A stretch of 64,000 nt of DNA from Auanema rhodensis (lineage: Eukaryota > Animalia > Nematoda): positions 4,774,001 through 4,838,000 of the forward strand of contig OZ059899.1 in assembly GCA_964057225.1 (NCBI GenBank). The letters are read 5' to 3'. The position numbers and the translations under genes were made by a program. A model generated the notes under the pieces. The model searched no databases, was not told where the DNA came from, and was given only the letters and a program-made list of their open reading frames with translations. Of this stretch, positions 1 through 30,800 are shown piece after piece; within the stretch, counting starts at the first letter, position 1; every line of letters starts with the position of its first letter.

Positions 1-930
1 AAGATGCTTATGCATCTTCTCTTCACCACATCATTCATTGGAACAATACGTTCGCAACTCTAAAATACAAGAAAACTATTCAGAAAATTAAAAAATTTCT
101 TCTTAGCAAGTGCATGATGTCTTTATGAAAAGATGATAAATGGCGTTTTGTCTTTTATTTCATCCACTTTAAATGAAATCGTTTCTAACAGGAAGAAAAA
201 AATTGAAAACGTTTGTCTAAGTACATATTTAGCTTTGTAAACTTTGACTAAATGAATAGTTTGAACTTAAAAATTTTTTATAAATTATTATAAATTTCTG
301 AAAGCCAGGTTCTCTTGTCAGATTTTTAACTTTAGTTTATTTCATTATTGTTCCACATAATCAACTTTCATGACTAAATATGAGAAAATACTTTTCATAT
401 TCATTGTATCCAACATGTTCTTTGAAACGAATGTCGGAAAAAGCATCCATGTACTAGCTGATTTGTATTTATTATAATCATGAGAACTCAGAAAATAATA
501 AAATTCACATATGTTACTATTACAGCAAGGTTATTATAATCATATTTATGAAGATTTTAGCTGTCTGAATTCGTTTAAGAGGACAGATTCTGTGCAGAAA
601 AGATAGATTTCTTTACCTGTTTATGATTTCTTTAAGTCTGTTCTTTATTAGTTTACCCTATTCTTTATATATCTCATTTCTTTGATATTTAATGATGATG
701 TTTAATCTATAGTTCTTAAATTGTTTTTTCATTCCTCATATCTTTTTTGTTTGAATCAAACCAATACATTCAAAATAAGCGAATATCCTTTTTATCTTTT
801 CGATTTCATCGTTAGTCAATCAAACTTTAATAATCAATAAGTATAATCTCTGATAAGTTACTTTTTTTTTCAAAGCTTTATCCCATGTATGTTCAAATAA
901 GACAAATATAGCAATTTTTTTATTTTATTC

Positions 931-950
931 ATATATATATATATATATAT
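931..950. repeat. (AT)n microsatellite
   Basis: Perfect (AT)10. Similar tracts occur at about 29795-29813, 31938-31958, 46042-46062 and 46592-46616. Confidence 0.9.
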
Positions 951-3900
951 TAGATTGTTTAATACATATGTGGATCATGTTTCAAGTTTACCTAACTAAT
1001 TGACTTATAAGCTTAACATTTATTTTTTTTATAAAATGTCTTTCTAAATTATCTTATTAGAAATAGAATTAGTAGTGAACGTGGACGAAAGTAAAAAACA
1101 GAAAGTATTAGATTGTATGACCAATTGATGCTCACTTTCACTAGTAAGATGCTTCTTGTAGGTATGTCTGAATATTTTGGATTCAGAACACCCGTATCAT
1201 TTTCTTTTTTTTCAATAGAAAGAAAAAATTAAAGTATTATATGTATATGTATGTAGCTATAGATATACAGATAAAACATAAAAACATAAAAGTTCCAATA
1301 TTAAAATGGAGATGTAAAAATTTTGATTAATGCACCTGATTGATCGAAGTTCAATCTCTACTCCGCCCAACCGATATATTATATTTCTTATCAAGCAGTT
1401 CCAAATTTCTGCAGCCTAATGTTCGACTTTTGTAGTTTATTTAAATGTCTTTCATGCTGAGTTTAGCTAAATATATAATGTAAATAATACAACATCTAGA
1501 GGCTTTGATGCTATTTCCAAGTTGTTGTTTCAATTTTAAAATGTAAGTTTAATTCTTTCATGCTTTCCGGGACTTGTAAAGACTTTGTAAGTCACTTTAA
1601 CAGCTTGTAACACATCTTTTCGTTTGTTTGTGATGTTTTCTTTTTTTTCGCTTTTATCTAAGTTAATTACCAGTTGATTGAATGTTTAACTATGATAGGT
1701 AATTCTAACAACTTTTGAGTGAACTGATTAAAACAAACTATTTCTGAATTTCCTTTTTTTTTGTTTTATATAATCTATACAAAACTAAAGAGTTAAGAAA
1801 TCAAATTACTTTGTTTTTCCAGCATTTTCTAGGACATACAGATGAGAGGGCATAACAAAATAAATAGTAGAGAGGGAGAGAGAGAGAGAAAGAGGGGGAG
1901 GAGAAAAGAGAAATGAGATAAATCCTTCTTAGGTACATGTAAATCCAACTCCTAAATTTACTAAAAATCCTTGCTATACCTACAAATCCTATGGGAAAAT
2001 CAAGGAAAACTGCCAAGATCACCCACCAATTGTCAGGAAAGAAGTGAATTAGGATTTCAGTTTTAAATCATGCCATAAACTTTGTTTTTCTTTTCAATTT
2101 CTTACTTAAAAAAAACCTTTTTAAATAGATTGTTTTAATTATATATATAGATATGTATATATATGTATATATGTGTATTCATTTGAATTTACAAATATTT
2201 CAATCAAGATAATAGTATTCAATTTTAGTGAAATGCATATATCCTGTTTGATCTGACTAAGATATGTTTTTTTTTATAATTAAAACATTGAATTACTCAG
2301 ATAATCTGAATTTGAAAAGTTCATCTTCGATTTTAAACAGGAAACTCATTTTACTTCATAGAAAATACACTATTCAAAAAATGAAAACTTTTTTTAATTG
2401 TATGTGGATGCCTGACTTCGTTTATTCTAAGTTCAAGACAAATAATGATTCTGAATCTGAAAAAAAATGAATGAAAAGAGGAGAATAGAGAGAAAATGAT
2501 TTAAATGACCTTTAATAGGTGCGTTAAGATGCAGGTTTAATCAGTGATTGAAAGAAATAATAATTGTTTTTCTTTGAATATCTAAGATTATAGATGTGAA
2601 AAACTACTTGAATTGTAAGCACCTTCATTTGCTCAGCTTTTCAGTCAGACTCATCTAATACTAGTCTTGAACCAATTGAAACTGCCGAACAACAGCAGTT
2701 TGGTAGCCGGTGAAGCATAAGAAGAAGAGTAATGACGTTAGCAGGAAAGATTTGAAATGTAAGAAAAATAGTCATTGATACTGTGTTTATTGAAAACCAA
2801 TCAAAAATTTTATTATAAAATAAAAAAATATCTTTGAAGAATTGTTTTTTGGTAAATGGTTATGTATAGTACTATGTTGCGAGCCTTCATGGTGATGTTG
2901 TGCAACTATGTATATATCATTAAAAGCTTTAAAGACCATTTTTTCTAAGCAGCAATTCAATTTCATTACAAGTTCAATCAGTTCACAATGGGTCAGTTTA
3001 GCTGTATGAAAAAATCTATTCAAATGAACGCTATAGTTATATTTTAAGCTTAATCCTGTTAAAGATAGAGCAAAAAACAGATGTACACGCATCTTTATGA
3101 ATATTTTTAAATGTTTTTCCTTTCATCTTAATGTTCCAATATTTCAATGACATCCGCATTTTATACATTGTACAAGTACATTGATATGGCTAACATACAT
3201 ACATATGTACTTTATTTATTCATATATACAATCTTTTATATCAAATATTATATATATTTTAATATTATATATAATAATTATTATTATAATAGATATTTAA
3301 TATATTTTATTAATCATTATTTATCATAAATTTCCTTATTCAACTTGAGTAAAATCTACAATAATAGTGATGATGTATGAGTTATATCTTAATTCAAGAG
3401 ATTTATGAAATGTGAGAATTTTTTTTTAATATTTCTTTCAGTAATATTATCTGAAATATTATTCAATTTGCAGACTATTGTTTCGAGGATGATTTTCTTT
3501 TTCATTAACTATGCCTCGACATGAAAAATGCGAGAGCACAACTGTAGAATAGCAAGAATTGCATACTTTAGGTTTTCCAGTATTGAACTTTGAAAAAATC
3601 TTTCTGTCCCTATTCATATTTGTTCAAACAAATATATTATAATATAAATAACATCTTCTTTTGTTACATGTATATGTATATCTTAACCATTTTTAGAATT
3701 ATATTTTTAATATTAATTTTTAAAATTCCATTATTTATCAAAATATAGATTTTTATTTAAGCCACTAAACTCATTTTTAATAATCTATAAATTATTTATA
3801 AATTATTTAACAATTTAATTTCTTTTTCTTTAATTATATTTGATTTGTAATTTCTTAATAAAACAAATACAGTTATATCTATCATATCAAAAGTTTAACT

Positions 3901-6498
3901 ATAATATTATTATTTTGTATTTCTGTTTTTATATTTTGTTAGAATAGTTCATTTTTGTTTTTCTCAATCTTCCTATATGATTTATGTCATTACATCATAT
4001 ACATATATGTATTTATCTTAGTATAATTTTAGAATGTTGACACAGAAAAAAAATATTTATTTCCTCATCGGATTTTTTTTTTCAAAAATAAGATTATGGT
4101 CGTTTGAATGAGAGTAGTAGTATAACCTTATACGGTGCAATGTTCATGAGAAGATACTAAAAAAAAATTAAAAAACATATACTATCAGTATGAATTAAAA
4201 ACTACAAGAGAAAAACCACTTAAATATATTTATATGAAGATATATAGAATAAGAAAAAGACATAGATATATCCATATATAATATATTTATTTATTTAAAG
4301 CAAAAAAATGGCTATGTGTCTCTGATATTCATAGCTTCCCTAGAGCAAATCAGCATTAAGCATCAGACATCCCTCGCTCAATCTTACTTTTCTCATCTTT
4401 TCTCGTCTCGATATAATTTTAATTCTAGACAAACCACATCATAGTATGCATGGTAGTATATTATATATTATATAAATTTGTGTATATCAAACTGAATAAT
4501 TGATTTATATATTAGATGTAACTTAGGATAATGATGATTTAAAAAACATATAATTTCCAATAAATTACTAACAGAAGTGTATGGCCCTCTCCCTTTAATG
4601 TTTCCTTCCTCACACTTTTACAACATTTTCTGGTTTTTTTTTATTATTTCGGATTTTTGTTTTACCAAAATATCCTCATTTACTCAAAATGGAAGACACT
4701 TTTAAATCATGTAAGTAATAATTGATTGAAATATAATTTGCATTTTTTAATGAAATTTGTCTCAAAATTTAGTGTTTGTATCAGAAAACAATGTTTAACA
4801 ATATCATTTTGAGAATCAATTTTTCTAGGGTTTGAAAAGAAAAATTTATTGATAAGTCTTTCCCTTATTTTTATAATGTCCCTCAGATTTTTGCAAGCTT
4901 TTTTTTTCCAAAAATTGAATAAAGTCTTTCTTTCCGACAACTTGACCTAAAGCAACTTCAAACACTTCTTGCATAACATCTAGGCATGTATCTTTAATAA
5001 AGCTGAGAATTTTCTTTTATGTTGAAAATTCTTTTTTTACTATTTATTCGTTTTGAATATTCGTTATATCGAGCCATTATTAGGCCAAAAGAAATTTTAT
5101 ACTTATTAAGCTTGTTGCCTGTCGAAAGTTTACGAATCTTCGAATTTACAAACTAAAACTTATTCTGCTTCATGTTTTGAGTTCATTAATTACCCAATAT
5201 CAATCCCACACACCATATGATGAACATTCTTGACAATAATCTAAAAATTTCTGGGGAGCTCATCTCTTTTTGTTGTTTCACTAAAAATTTTTTTGTTCCT
5301 CGTTCCAAATTTTGAATTGAGAAGATCTACGAAATATTCTATTTATTCAACATGTTTGTTTATACAAGTATTCATTCTACATTTTCATATCAAAAAATCT
5401 TTTTTTTTGCGAAATTTTCTGAGAAAACGGAGGTTTTACTGATATTATACATAAGCATATGTGAACATTTCAAGAAGAGAATGAAAAAAATCGAAAACTT
5501 CTTGAAATTTGTAAGTTGAACAGTGAAAACATAGATTTTCTTTTAATTCTTAATTTGTAGGAAGTTTTCCAAAAATAAAGAATAAAAAAAGGATCCTTTC
5601 ATATTCCGTGTGTTTTAAAAGCTGATTTTCTAGAAACGATAAAAAAATGTATTTTTCTCTTGATGCTTCACTTTCCGATTAACTCTAAATGATTCATGAA
5701 AATGTTTTTTGATCATAAAAGATATAATTACAGATAATTAAAGAACTATACAGAAGAAAGTATTTCTTCTGTTTTTATTCACTATTAGCTTTTCAACTTT
5801 TTCTTTTATTTAATTAACTTAGGACATTCTTTTAAAACATTTGTTCTAAAAACAGAATATAACTGGAAAATGTTTTCGAGATTAAGAAGCGAGGCAGTTT
5901 AGGCAGCTTAACTTCATTTTGGAAAAAAAAAAAACTCATGATGTTGCTAACGAACATCAAAATGTTCGTTAAATGTACCCCAGTATATCATTCGATTACT
6001 CTCAAAATAAATAAGTTCATTGAATATCATAATCAAAATATAATAATTTTATAATGAAACAATATAATAAAAACTACACACATACATATATTTGAATTAT
6101 TTATTATATCATCACAAATTATGAAAATGATTTTAAATCAAAGTGAATATTTCAGATTTTAATATTTTAGTCAAATTTGAGCAAATAAGATCTTCTTATG
6201 TTTTTTTTATATTTAAGAATTAGAACAGAATTCGAACTCTCCTCATTTCAATTTTGTTTCAAAATTAATTCTTAGCTTCATTCCTTTTCAATATTACATC
6301 ATTTGTATAATATTATATTTCATTTTGTTTAGATTTCTCTATTTTCTGATTAAAATGGAATAGTTATTATTCTTTTTTTGAAAATATTACATATCTTATA
6401 ATTTCATAATACATTTACAAACTCGTACTTGAATTCATACTTCAGATGACCTTTTAAACTTGTTTACTCTTTCTTCTTTTCATTTGCAACAATGTATA

Positions 6499-6556
6499 TA
6501 GTAGTAGTAGTAGTAGAAGAAGAAGAACATGAAGAAGAAGAAAAAAAGGAAGAAGG
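6499..6556. repeat. Compound (TAG)n/(GAA)n low-complexity repeat
   Basis: tagtagtagtagtagtag followed by gaagaagaa...gaagaagaag. Confidence 0.8.
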
Positions 6557-9500
6557 GAAACACTTAGCACTTATCACTTATACTAGTATTTTCACTATTA
6601 TCCAACATTTTTTATTGTCATTCTTTCTCAAATACAATCTCTTTTTCTAAATTTATCTTCAATTCACTCTGTAATAAGTATTTGATTTAAGTATACAAAG
6701 TACGAAAAGTCATGATTTAGGCATCATATATCTTTCTCCTTTCTGGAAGAAGCTTTTTTTCCCCCGAAAATCAGGTTGTCGAGAGTTCCTTACTTTCTGC
6801 ATCTTCAAAGTCACCCTCCCCCCCTTTTTCGTCATCATCTTCCGTCTCATTCTTTCTCTTATTCGTCTATTGCAGATCTGTTTTCGTTCTTTTATCTGTT
6901 CTCAAGCTCTTGATGTTTATACTTGTGAACATGTTGGCATACTATGATTTTATTCAAATTTTATTTGACAGTAAATGAATATATGTCTCTATTTAAAATA
7001 ATTTTATTTTATATTATTGTATTGTTCTTGTATATATTTCAAATTAATTAACAAATTATAAAACAATACAACTTTATAAGAATCCTTACTTGACTAATTA
7101 CCTTTTTGCTTACGTGAAATATGATAATCCATTCAATTTTTATTTTTAACATTTGAAATATTATATTAAAAGATTATCATTAAATTCCTTTTCTTTCTAC
7201 TAAATCCCCGTGATGCTACTCGTCCTTCAATCATATAGCATCCATCATCTAGCGACACTCAATGATAACTTCATAAAATTTAGTAATTTCTGAATGAATT
7301 AGATTGGATTGGATACATTTCCACTATGGGAGGCTTCATTCTTCATTTTCTTTCTATAATTATTTCATATTAGCTGATATTCATTGCAGTATCCTTCTTT
7401 ATTTTTTAATGTGTTTCAGCAAAAAAAGCAGTTTTTCAATTATGGCATACGTTTTTAATTATTTTTTATTATGATCAAAACTCTAAAGAATATGGAATGA
7501 AACTAAAAAAAATTCTGTTAAATATGAAAGAAAAGCTTTAGTTAAGCGATCACCATCAACACCTGTTCCCTAATTAAGCTTGTGCATCGTTCGATTTAAA
7601 TTCATTTATTTGTAGTTTGACAAATATAATTTGAAAAAGTTACACATTGAAAATTCAACCAATCTACCATACTTATATTCATGATTTTTTTTCTTTATAT
7701 TTAAAAAAAAAAGCCCGTCATGTCGAAAACATTCTTATACTTTGTCCAGTAAATTTTATTAGACTATATATTATAAGACGGAGAGTAAATTTAAGGAAAT
7801 CATTTGTATCTTTTCTTCTGTTATTATTTTGCTATCCGATTAAATTTCCTACATCGAAAGGAAGGAAGCCACTGCAATAGCAGTGACAGCAGTTTTGACA
7901 TGGAAGATCGACCAATCAACTATGTTCGAACTCAGAGATAACAAGTATTGAAATTGAAGTGCAACATCTATTAGAATACATCACTCTTATTACTATACTC
8001 CTTCTATGTGTTTCGATGAATGAATAAACTTTTCTTAAAAGCCAGTTTATCAGCTACTTTATATGTTCTAGCTCACCATGAGATCATATAACAACTATTA
8101 CCACTGATTAAATCGAAATTTGGAAGAAATTCGGAAAGATTCTCTTGAAAAACTATCAATCTGTTATATATTAAGGTTTCTTCAATGAATCCTTTTTTTT
8201 ATTTCATTCTCAAGGAACCCAAAAATTGAAAAGGTTTAATCTATTATATAAATATTATTCATTATATATTTCATATATATAATGTAAAAAAATATTGAAA
8301 CACATATTAAACCTTATAATATATTGTGGTTAAATATAAAATAATATATACTTATAGTTTAAAAAACTAAAAATCTTCTTATTATTACTTTGAGTTGTTT
8401 TTTATTTTATTTATGTTTTCTTATTCATATATATAATTGTTCATATAATAATACTTTTCTTTATAAGAAAATCAAATATCAAAAACTGTTTCTTGAGTTT
8501 TAGAAACGTATTCATAATGTATTTACCAAAAAAAGAAAATATAGTAGAAATTAGAAGAAAAACGTAATTTTATTTTTTGTTATCATCATATATATACGTA
8601 TTTCTATTTAAATATATACATACCTCCCTTATCATTTTATTTGCTTCTCAACATTACTACTTATACAACATGTTTATGTATACATTTCGTTTGTTGTATT
8701 TCTGATGTTGTAGGCATGAGCATGTGAATATCTCAAACATAATCCGTTCTGATATTATCCTTAATGACGGAAATGATATAGAAAACCCGAAATTTATAAA
8801 AAAAACTCTGATCGTATCTGTTTTTTTAATTATTAATCTATATGTGGATTAACTGAATAGTTTAGAATGTTCTTGTTTAAGCTTTTGATTATTGGCAGTA
8901 ACGATATCTCCTTCATGTTCTAATTTGATTTCAATTAGTATATGAACTTATTTTGTTTTTTTTTAAATCTTACTTTGTCACTTATTTCTTCCTTTTCTTT
9001 TTTTTTCCTTGTTCTTCCAAATAGTTGACAACTTTGAACTGAATATCCTTGTTATTTTTCATTTTATAACAATTATTTGTTTGTTGTTATTGTCAACTGT
9101 AACTAATATATTTTACGAATTTAATTATAAGAAAAATAGTAAAAGGGCAGGATGTATTACTCAATACGTATATAGCCATTTTTTCTATTAAATCGCTTAA
9201 GTACAAAAGATATTAAAATTCTATTTTTATCCTGCTTACTACCATTTTTTCAATTTGGTAAGAAGATTTAAAGGAAAAAAACGTAAATAAGATTTCCGGT
9301 ATATATTTCAAGGAAGCATCGACTCTTGATTTAGCTACAAAAAATATGAAAATGAATGAACTTATAATGAAAATTCATTCGTTTTTTTTTAAATTAATAT
9401 TTGTTTAAATTTTACGTTTTGCTTTATTACATAAACAACGATTCAAATAATAATTGTAATTTTAAGATTAAAGTTGATGTCAATCGAGCCAAACTATTCT

Positions 9501-10178
9501 TGTTTTTTCTCATGACAACCATGTGAACTTTTGCTAGCGATGAAATAACAGTTTTTCATTTAATTAGAAGATATCTGTCCTGCTTTTTCATTTTTTCAAA
9601 TTCAATTTGGCTTAAAGACATACTAAAGTTGAAGTCAACGAAATAGGAAAAGTTGTTTGTGAATTGAACGAAATTATTTCAATTAATTTGAAAGAAAAGG
9701 CAACTTTTCTACGATCGGACTGAGCAGTCATCTCACATTCGTTCTTTTCTTTATTTCACTTTTATCCTTGCAAACGGTGCTTGAGCTCAACAAACATATT
9801 TATCATAGAAATTATATTTTTTCCTCTTTTAAAATGCTTAATGTTTTGTGTTGTTCTTATTTCAGTTTTAGTTCTTTGTTACCTATTCTGGATTATCAGA
9901 AGTATAAGTGATTTAGTTCACTTGTAGCTCCATATCCATGTCAAATTATGTGTGTTCCTCTTTTTCATTTATTATAATCAAATTGAATGAAGCTTTTGCT
10001 TACACATGTATGATTACATTTTTTCTTTATAAATCTAGAAAATTCATTTTCTTTTTCATTAATTTGTCTTTTCTACTTTTCTATAATTTTTGTGTTTTGT
10101 TCCAGATTTTCAAATAGTTCAACAATACTGTGGATGATCTGTGTGCGTTGTAGCCATATGTGCTAGTCAGTTGGCATC

Positions 10179-11829
10179 ATGCCTGTCTTTCACAGCCTGT
10201 CTTTATACATTCTCATGCAAATGAGTTTACATATAGAATCTAAAACTTATTCAATATTATCATCTGCTATAACACCAGCTCACTTGTTAGAAACAGCTAC
10301 AGCTAGTGGTCAGGTAATATCACCATCTACAGTCAACAGAACAATAAGCAATGGCGTAAGTTTAAAGCTTATAGCTATATATTTCATTTTTAAGAATTTA
10401 TAGTTAATCTTTATTTTATTCCAGATGTCTGAGTATTTGATGATACTATTTGGATGTGTTTTCTGTTTTCTTACAATTCTCGGTATTCTTGGCAACCTTA
10501 TTGTAATGATTGTCATAGCTGGTGATGCTAAAATGCGGCAATCTGTCATGAATATTCTGTTATTGAACCTGGTAAGCTTTTATTTAAATTTATTATATAT
10601 TTACTTATTTTCAAATAAAGTATTTCGAAATATTCAGGCTGTTGCTGACGGTTCAAACCTTCTGCTAACTGTTTGGGAATGGGTACCCACAGTAACTCAT
10701 GGCAGGTAATTATTATGATACTAGTAGTGGAGAAATAAGACAGCAATTATTACATTTCAGCAAAGTTTGGATGTTACCATCATTCATGTGTGCTATTTGC
10801 CGATATTTAGAATATGTGTTTCTTTTCACTTCAATTTCGACACAACTGATCGTTTGCATTGAAAGGTAGAAATTATAAGATTTCATGTTACATATAATTC
10901 TAATGTTCACAATAGGGAATATTCAAACATCATTTCGAAATTTACTTTTATATTTTTTTATAGATACATCGCTATAATACATCCAATGAAAGCTCGAATA
11001 CTGTGTAATCGTCAAAATGTGGGCATTGCAGTAGCTTGTGCTTGGGGCTTTGCAGCACTGTTTGCATTTCCTTATTTAAATTACCACACAGTCACCAAAT
11101 CAGGTAAGAAAATGCAAACAATCAGCAACATATGATAATAAAAAAGAATGTGATTTCCAGGAATCTGCTCTAATTTGGCACATTATTTTTCTTGGTGGCC
11201 ACATTACAAAACTGCCGAATTCTTATTTTTCTATCTATTTCCATGTATCGCTATTATCTGTGTATATTCACGGGTTGCTATTGCTTTATGGGCCAATAAT
11301 CAGTTAGGAGAAAGTACGTGCTCTTCATTTCCATGAAATTAATGCGAAAAAATCTTATTTGTAGCTCAAAAATGTTTGAAACATAGTAACCATCGAAATG
11401 ATACCCTGAGGACACGGCGAAATGTTGTTAAGATGTTAATAGCATGTGGAGCTGTCTATTTCGTATGCTATTCTCCAATACAGATTTTATTTGTAACAAA
11501 GTAAGAAAAAAATTAGAAACTTATCTAAGTTTCAATTTTTTACAGTTATTTACTACAAATGAACTTCAATCCGCCATATGCTTTGAGGTTAATCATGAAC
11601 GCTATGACAATGACATGTTCAGCATCAAATCCACTGTTGTATACGTTATTCTCTTTGAAATTTAGACAAAGATTAAAAAATCTTTTGTTCTGCAATTCGT
11701 GAGTTTTTTCTTCTGTATAATCATATAACGAAGAAACATGATTTATTAATATAATTTTCCAGAATGCGCTTATCTACCAATCGGTCAGAAAAACAAAGTC
11801 GTCTGGATGTGTATTATAACATAAAATGA
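10179..11829 (+). CDS. Rhodopsin-family (class A) GPCR, neuropeptide-receptor-like; 9 exons; start ATG uncertain (10179, 10215 or 10221)
   Basis: Spliced reading through 8 GT-AG introns gives TM1 GILGNLIV, TM2 LLNLAVAD, TM3 CIERYIAIIHP, TM6 RRNVVKMLIACGAVYFVCYSPIQ and TM7 SNPLLYTLFSLKFR; TGA at 11827-11829. Confidence 0.9.
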
Positions 11830-12549
11830 TCAACGGGATTCTTTCTAAGTGCATATTAATATAAATGAATATTCAGTCACAATTTCTAAAGTTCACATTT
11901 GAGAAAGAAGCTCAAACTTCTGCATTATGTTAATAATTCAAGTAAAATATGTTTTGTGAGCACGACTTATTCGACAACAAAAATAAGAAAAAGCACATCA
12001 CTGCAATATTTATTTTTATAATATAAAAGGATTATAAGAAGTTAAAACCACAACTCTATGAACTTTCACTTCTAAATATCACAATAAATACAAATAAATA
12101 CCAATAATAAAATAACAGTTATTAACATTATTTAGCCTAAAACTGTACGATATAAAAACTAGAAACCTATCATTGAGATTTCCGTTCACATGTATTTAAT
12201 TTAAATGAAAAGAATATTATAAATAAATATAAATATCATTCATATGCTAATACAGCACAGAACCGATTGGAGCAAATTTGATGTTCGTATAAGACAGTAA
12301 GGTGGATAACAAAGTTGTCAGTCAAAAACTATACCAATATGAGGAACGTTGCTATTGAATCACCCGATATAAAGATAACAACACAATCAACTATCACATG
12401 TAACTTAAACTCGTTAACATAGTAAGCAGAATGATGGAAAAGTAATATCATAGTTCGCATATTCAATAATAAAATATTGCTATATAATTGGGAATGACAG
12501 CTTTTAAAATAAACCGAAGAAATAAGCCATATTGTCTGTTCAGAAAGTC

Positions 12550-27802
<15,253 letters not shown>

Positions 27803-27832
27803 CTACCCAAGTAAAAAAGAGGTGATAAATAA

Positions 27833-27840
27833 CTGAAAAA
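27833..27840 (-). promoter_or_regulatory. Probable SL trans-splice acceptor (TTTTTCAG) upstream of the sel-2 ATG
   Basis: Nematode consensus acceptor 30 nt before the ATG. Similar ATG-proximal acceptors precede the ShKT gene (ATTTCAG 41471-41477), the thioredoxin (TTTAG|ATG), dgk-3 and emb-5. Confidence 0.55.
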
Positions 27841-30800
27841 TTAATCCATATAAACAGTTATGAAGTTAGGTCGCCGTAAGTATTAGAATAGAATAAACTA
27901 ATTTTTATATATTTCCAACCGTCAAAGAAAGCTGCAAACATATAACTGATAAAATTCGTGAAATTGTATTTTTAAAACATGAAATTAATCAAAACAGCGG
28001 AACTGGTTGCCAACAGTGGTCAATTTGTCAAAAGCCCAGCAGGTAGAGGAGCAGAGACGCAGAGCATACGTCCTTGTCATGCAGTTAGCAGCCAGAGAGT
28101 AAAGAGCGTCTCTCGTTCTCTTCTTCTCTCCCTCTTTTTTTTCTCTTTGTGAGCACATAAAAACGGGTGAATATTCCTTATATGGCCTATCCTTTTTAGT
28201 GTAGCTCCATTGTGGCCATTTCTCCCGGCATAACAAGATCCCCTAATTTATTGCCTATTCTTGAGCATAATCATGAAATAGCAACTATTCTTGCCAATCA
28301 TCACCGAACAAACTTTATTTTCCAGATGTATGCAAGCAACTCTATCTATATTTAATGATCGAAAGATGGTTATGTTATTATAATCATTTATGTAAGCAGA
28401 TTTACGTGCTATAATTGAATTAATCAAAGAATTTATGATTTCTTTGATGATGCATTTCATTCCAAATATGGGAATTAAAGCTGTTTCCAGGCTTTCTTCA
28501 GTTGGTTTTTTTCATGTTGAGGAAACATCAAGTATCGGCATATAAAGAGCTAAACAATTTATCGGGACTCAAAAGAATCTTTTATTTTTGAAGAAAGAGG
28601 AAATCTACTCGAATAAACTGGAAGTCAAGACTTTTTTTTTGAAAAGTAGCAATATTCATCTTCCATATTCTCCTCTTAATACGCAATTAGAAAAAAAGAT
28701 GAAGGAAAGTCATATAATGGATAAATGTCATTAACGCAACAAAATTCGATGAACGAACAGCTTTACATTGCAAAAAAAACAAAAAACAAAAGGCTCTTAT
28801 TCGTATCAATTTTTCAATTAGGCATGCTAGACTATTGACCGTTCGTTTTCGTAAATAGCACTAAGGAACTGATTTCATTATTATTCGCAAGAATTTAAAA
28901 AAGAAGAATATTTTGAGTGATATTAGAGCAATAGAATATCAATGCTAGCTAACGAATCGTCAAAAACACATTTCGCTGATATTTTAATTTGACGCTGAAA
29001 AGTGAGGCTGCCAGTATTCATGCTAATTAATCAGGAAAATAGTAACATGAGATATATCAAGAGTCACTTTGCAGCATACAATAATTATGTTTTAGCTAGG
29101 AATTAAAAATTATGCTATATACTGTTTACAAACTTTAAAAAAACATACCTCTAGGGTAAAAACTATATTATTTGACACATAGCTCGGTTGAGCGCGTTTA
29201 TAGTTTTAATAAAATTTACTTTTACGTGCATTTCCACGTAAAATGAACAATTGTAGTTTATTTTCATGAGTTTAAATTACTTGTCCCATTTTTTTATTGT
29301 ATGACAATGATTTTGGACACGTTGAATATTTTTAGTTAAGAAGTAGACCGTGCTTATTCATCAATAAATTATGCTTACTTTTGTTCTAGAAGAGTAAAAA
29401 ATGAGTGATATTAAAAGAATAGTTACCAATCTGTCGTCTTTCTTCTCTCTCTATTATACTAATAAGGATTGTCTCATCTGAATCCAGGTCAGTTAAAGTT
29501 GCGCAATTGTCATGTTGTGTGTGCAAATGTTTTCCCCAGTTTTGTGGTCCTTATCAAGCCATAGATTCATTCAAATTCACTGTCTTACGCCTTCTGTTCT
29601 TATTTATATGTATCTTGAAAACCTATTCACTAGCCATTCAAATTCTTGGTTACATTTTTTCTCTTAGTTTTTATTATCTGCAAAGGGTCACCATGAGTCT
29701 TATCTTTTTTGTTCATTCTGTTACTCTTTTTCTACAACAACTTTCATTCGGTAGTTAACCTCGATTTCAAAAAGTAAAATTGCAGAAGTTTGTCTATATA
29801 TATATATATATATTGGTAGCATTTCTATTAATACTAATGAAGTGAATATACTGTGATGTGTAATGTATAAGCTTTTCGTTACCGAACATAAAATTTGAGC
29901 AAAAAAAAACAGTATATGAGGATAAATATATATTATTTTTTTACAGATAATCTAGATTTTCTAGATCTGCCTAACAAAGTGCATAATTATTTTCAGCGTA
30001 TGCTGTAATATAATTGTAGACATATGTTGTTCGTTTTTAAATTCTTTTCTCACTGCCCCTCTTGAGCCTTTTGTGTTATGCATTAGAGGTTATGTGAGAG
30101 ATACGGTTCATTTCTTCTATATTATATACTTTTTCCATTACTCCATTAGTCTTAAAATGATGAAAATGAGAATGCTTGTCATTCGAGTACCTCTTTTGAG
30201 TTTAAGACTCAAGTCACCAATCAAAATGACCTTGTGGATTTGACAGTAACAACTCATCTGCTTATCTAAACATCGTATCTTCTCTCTTCATCCTCGTCAG
30301 CATTAAAATCTTTGTCACGTAACACTTTATTGTTCAATTCTTCTCAAATAGTGATGAATTTAACGACTTCTCATGGGTGTATGTAGTGTTTCATACTAGG
30401 CAGTTTTCTAATTCATTACAACGCTTTATATTTTTTTAGACGTATCGCAAAGTTTCAATCTCCTCAAATTATGTTTGTACCAAAAAAAGAGTACTGCATA
30501 TAAAGCAACCAATCGCCAGATGCTTATACGTATCAACTATTGATTTAGAAACCTTTTATAATTGCTGCATCTGTATTTGTTTTACTTGGCATTTATATAT
30601 GACATAGGATAACCTTCCTAAAGTGAATAAACATATCCTGTCATGTTGTCAATTTTTGATCCATCATGACTTTCACTACCCTTTCATCTAGTTTCATTGC
30701 TTCACATTGTGCTCATCATCATAATTCTATAATCGTCACTTTATACTTTTTTGTTTTGTATATTATATTTGTAAAGATTTATCAACTTACTTGAGTACGC

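Noticed and set aside
5948-5971. Perfect 10-bp hairpin TAACGAACAT-CAAA-ATGTTCGTTA, and a terminator-like hairpin plus T-run at ~9350-9390
   Set aside because: Isolated; no Helitron CTRR end or second terminus; intrinsic terminators are not expected in a eukaryote.
1801-9191. Seven short ORFs in the first 10 kb
   Set aside because: Low-complexity F/I/L/K/Y/N-rich translations typical of AT-rich non-coding DNA; no domain or consistent exon chain.
29178-29200. tRNA A-box-like TAGCTCGGTTGAGCGCG
   Set aside because: No B box/T-arm or cloverleaf follows.
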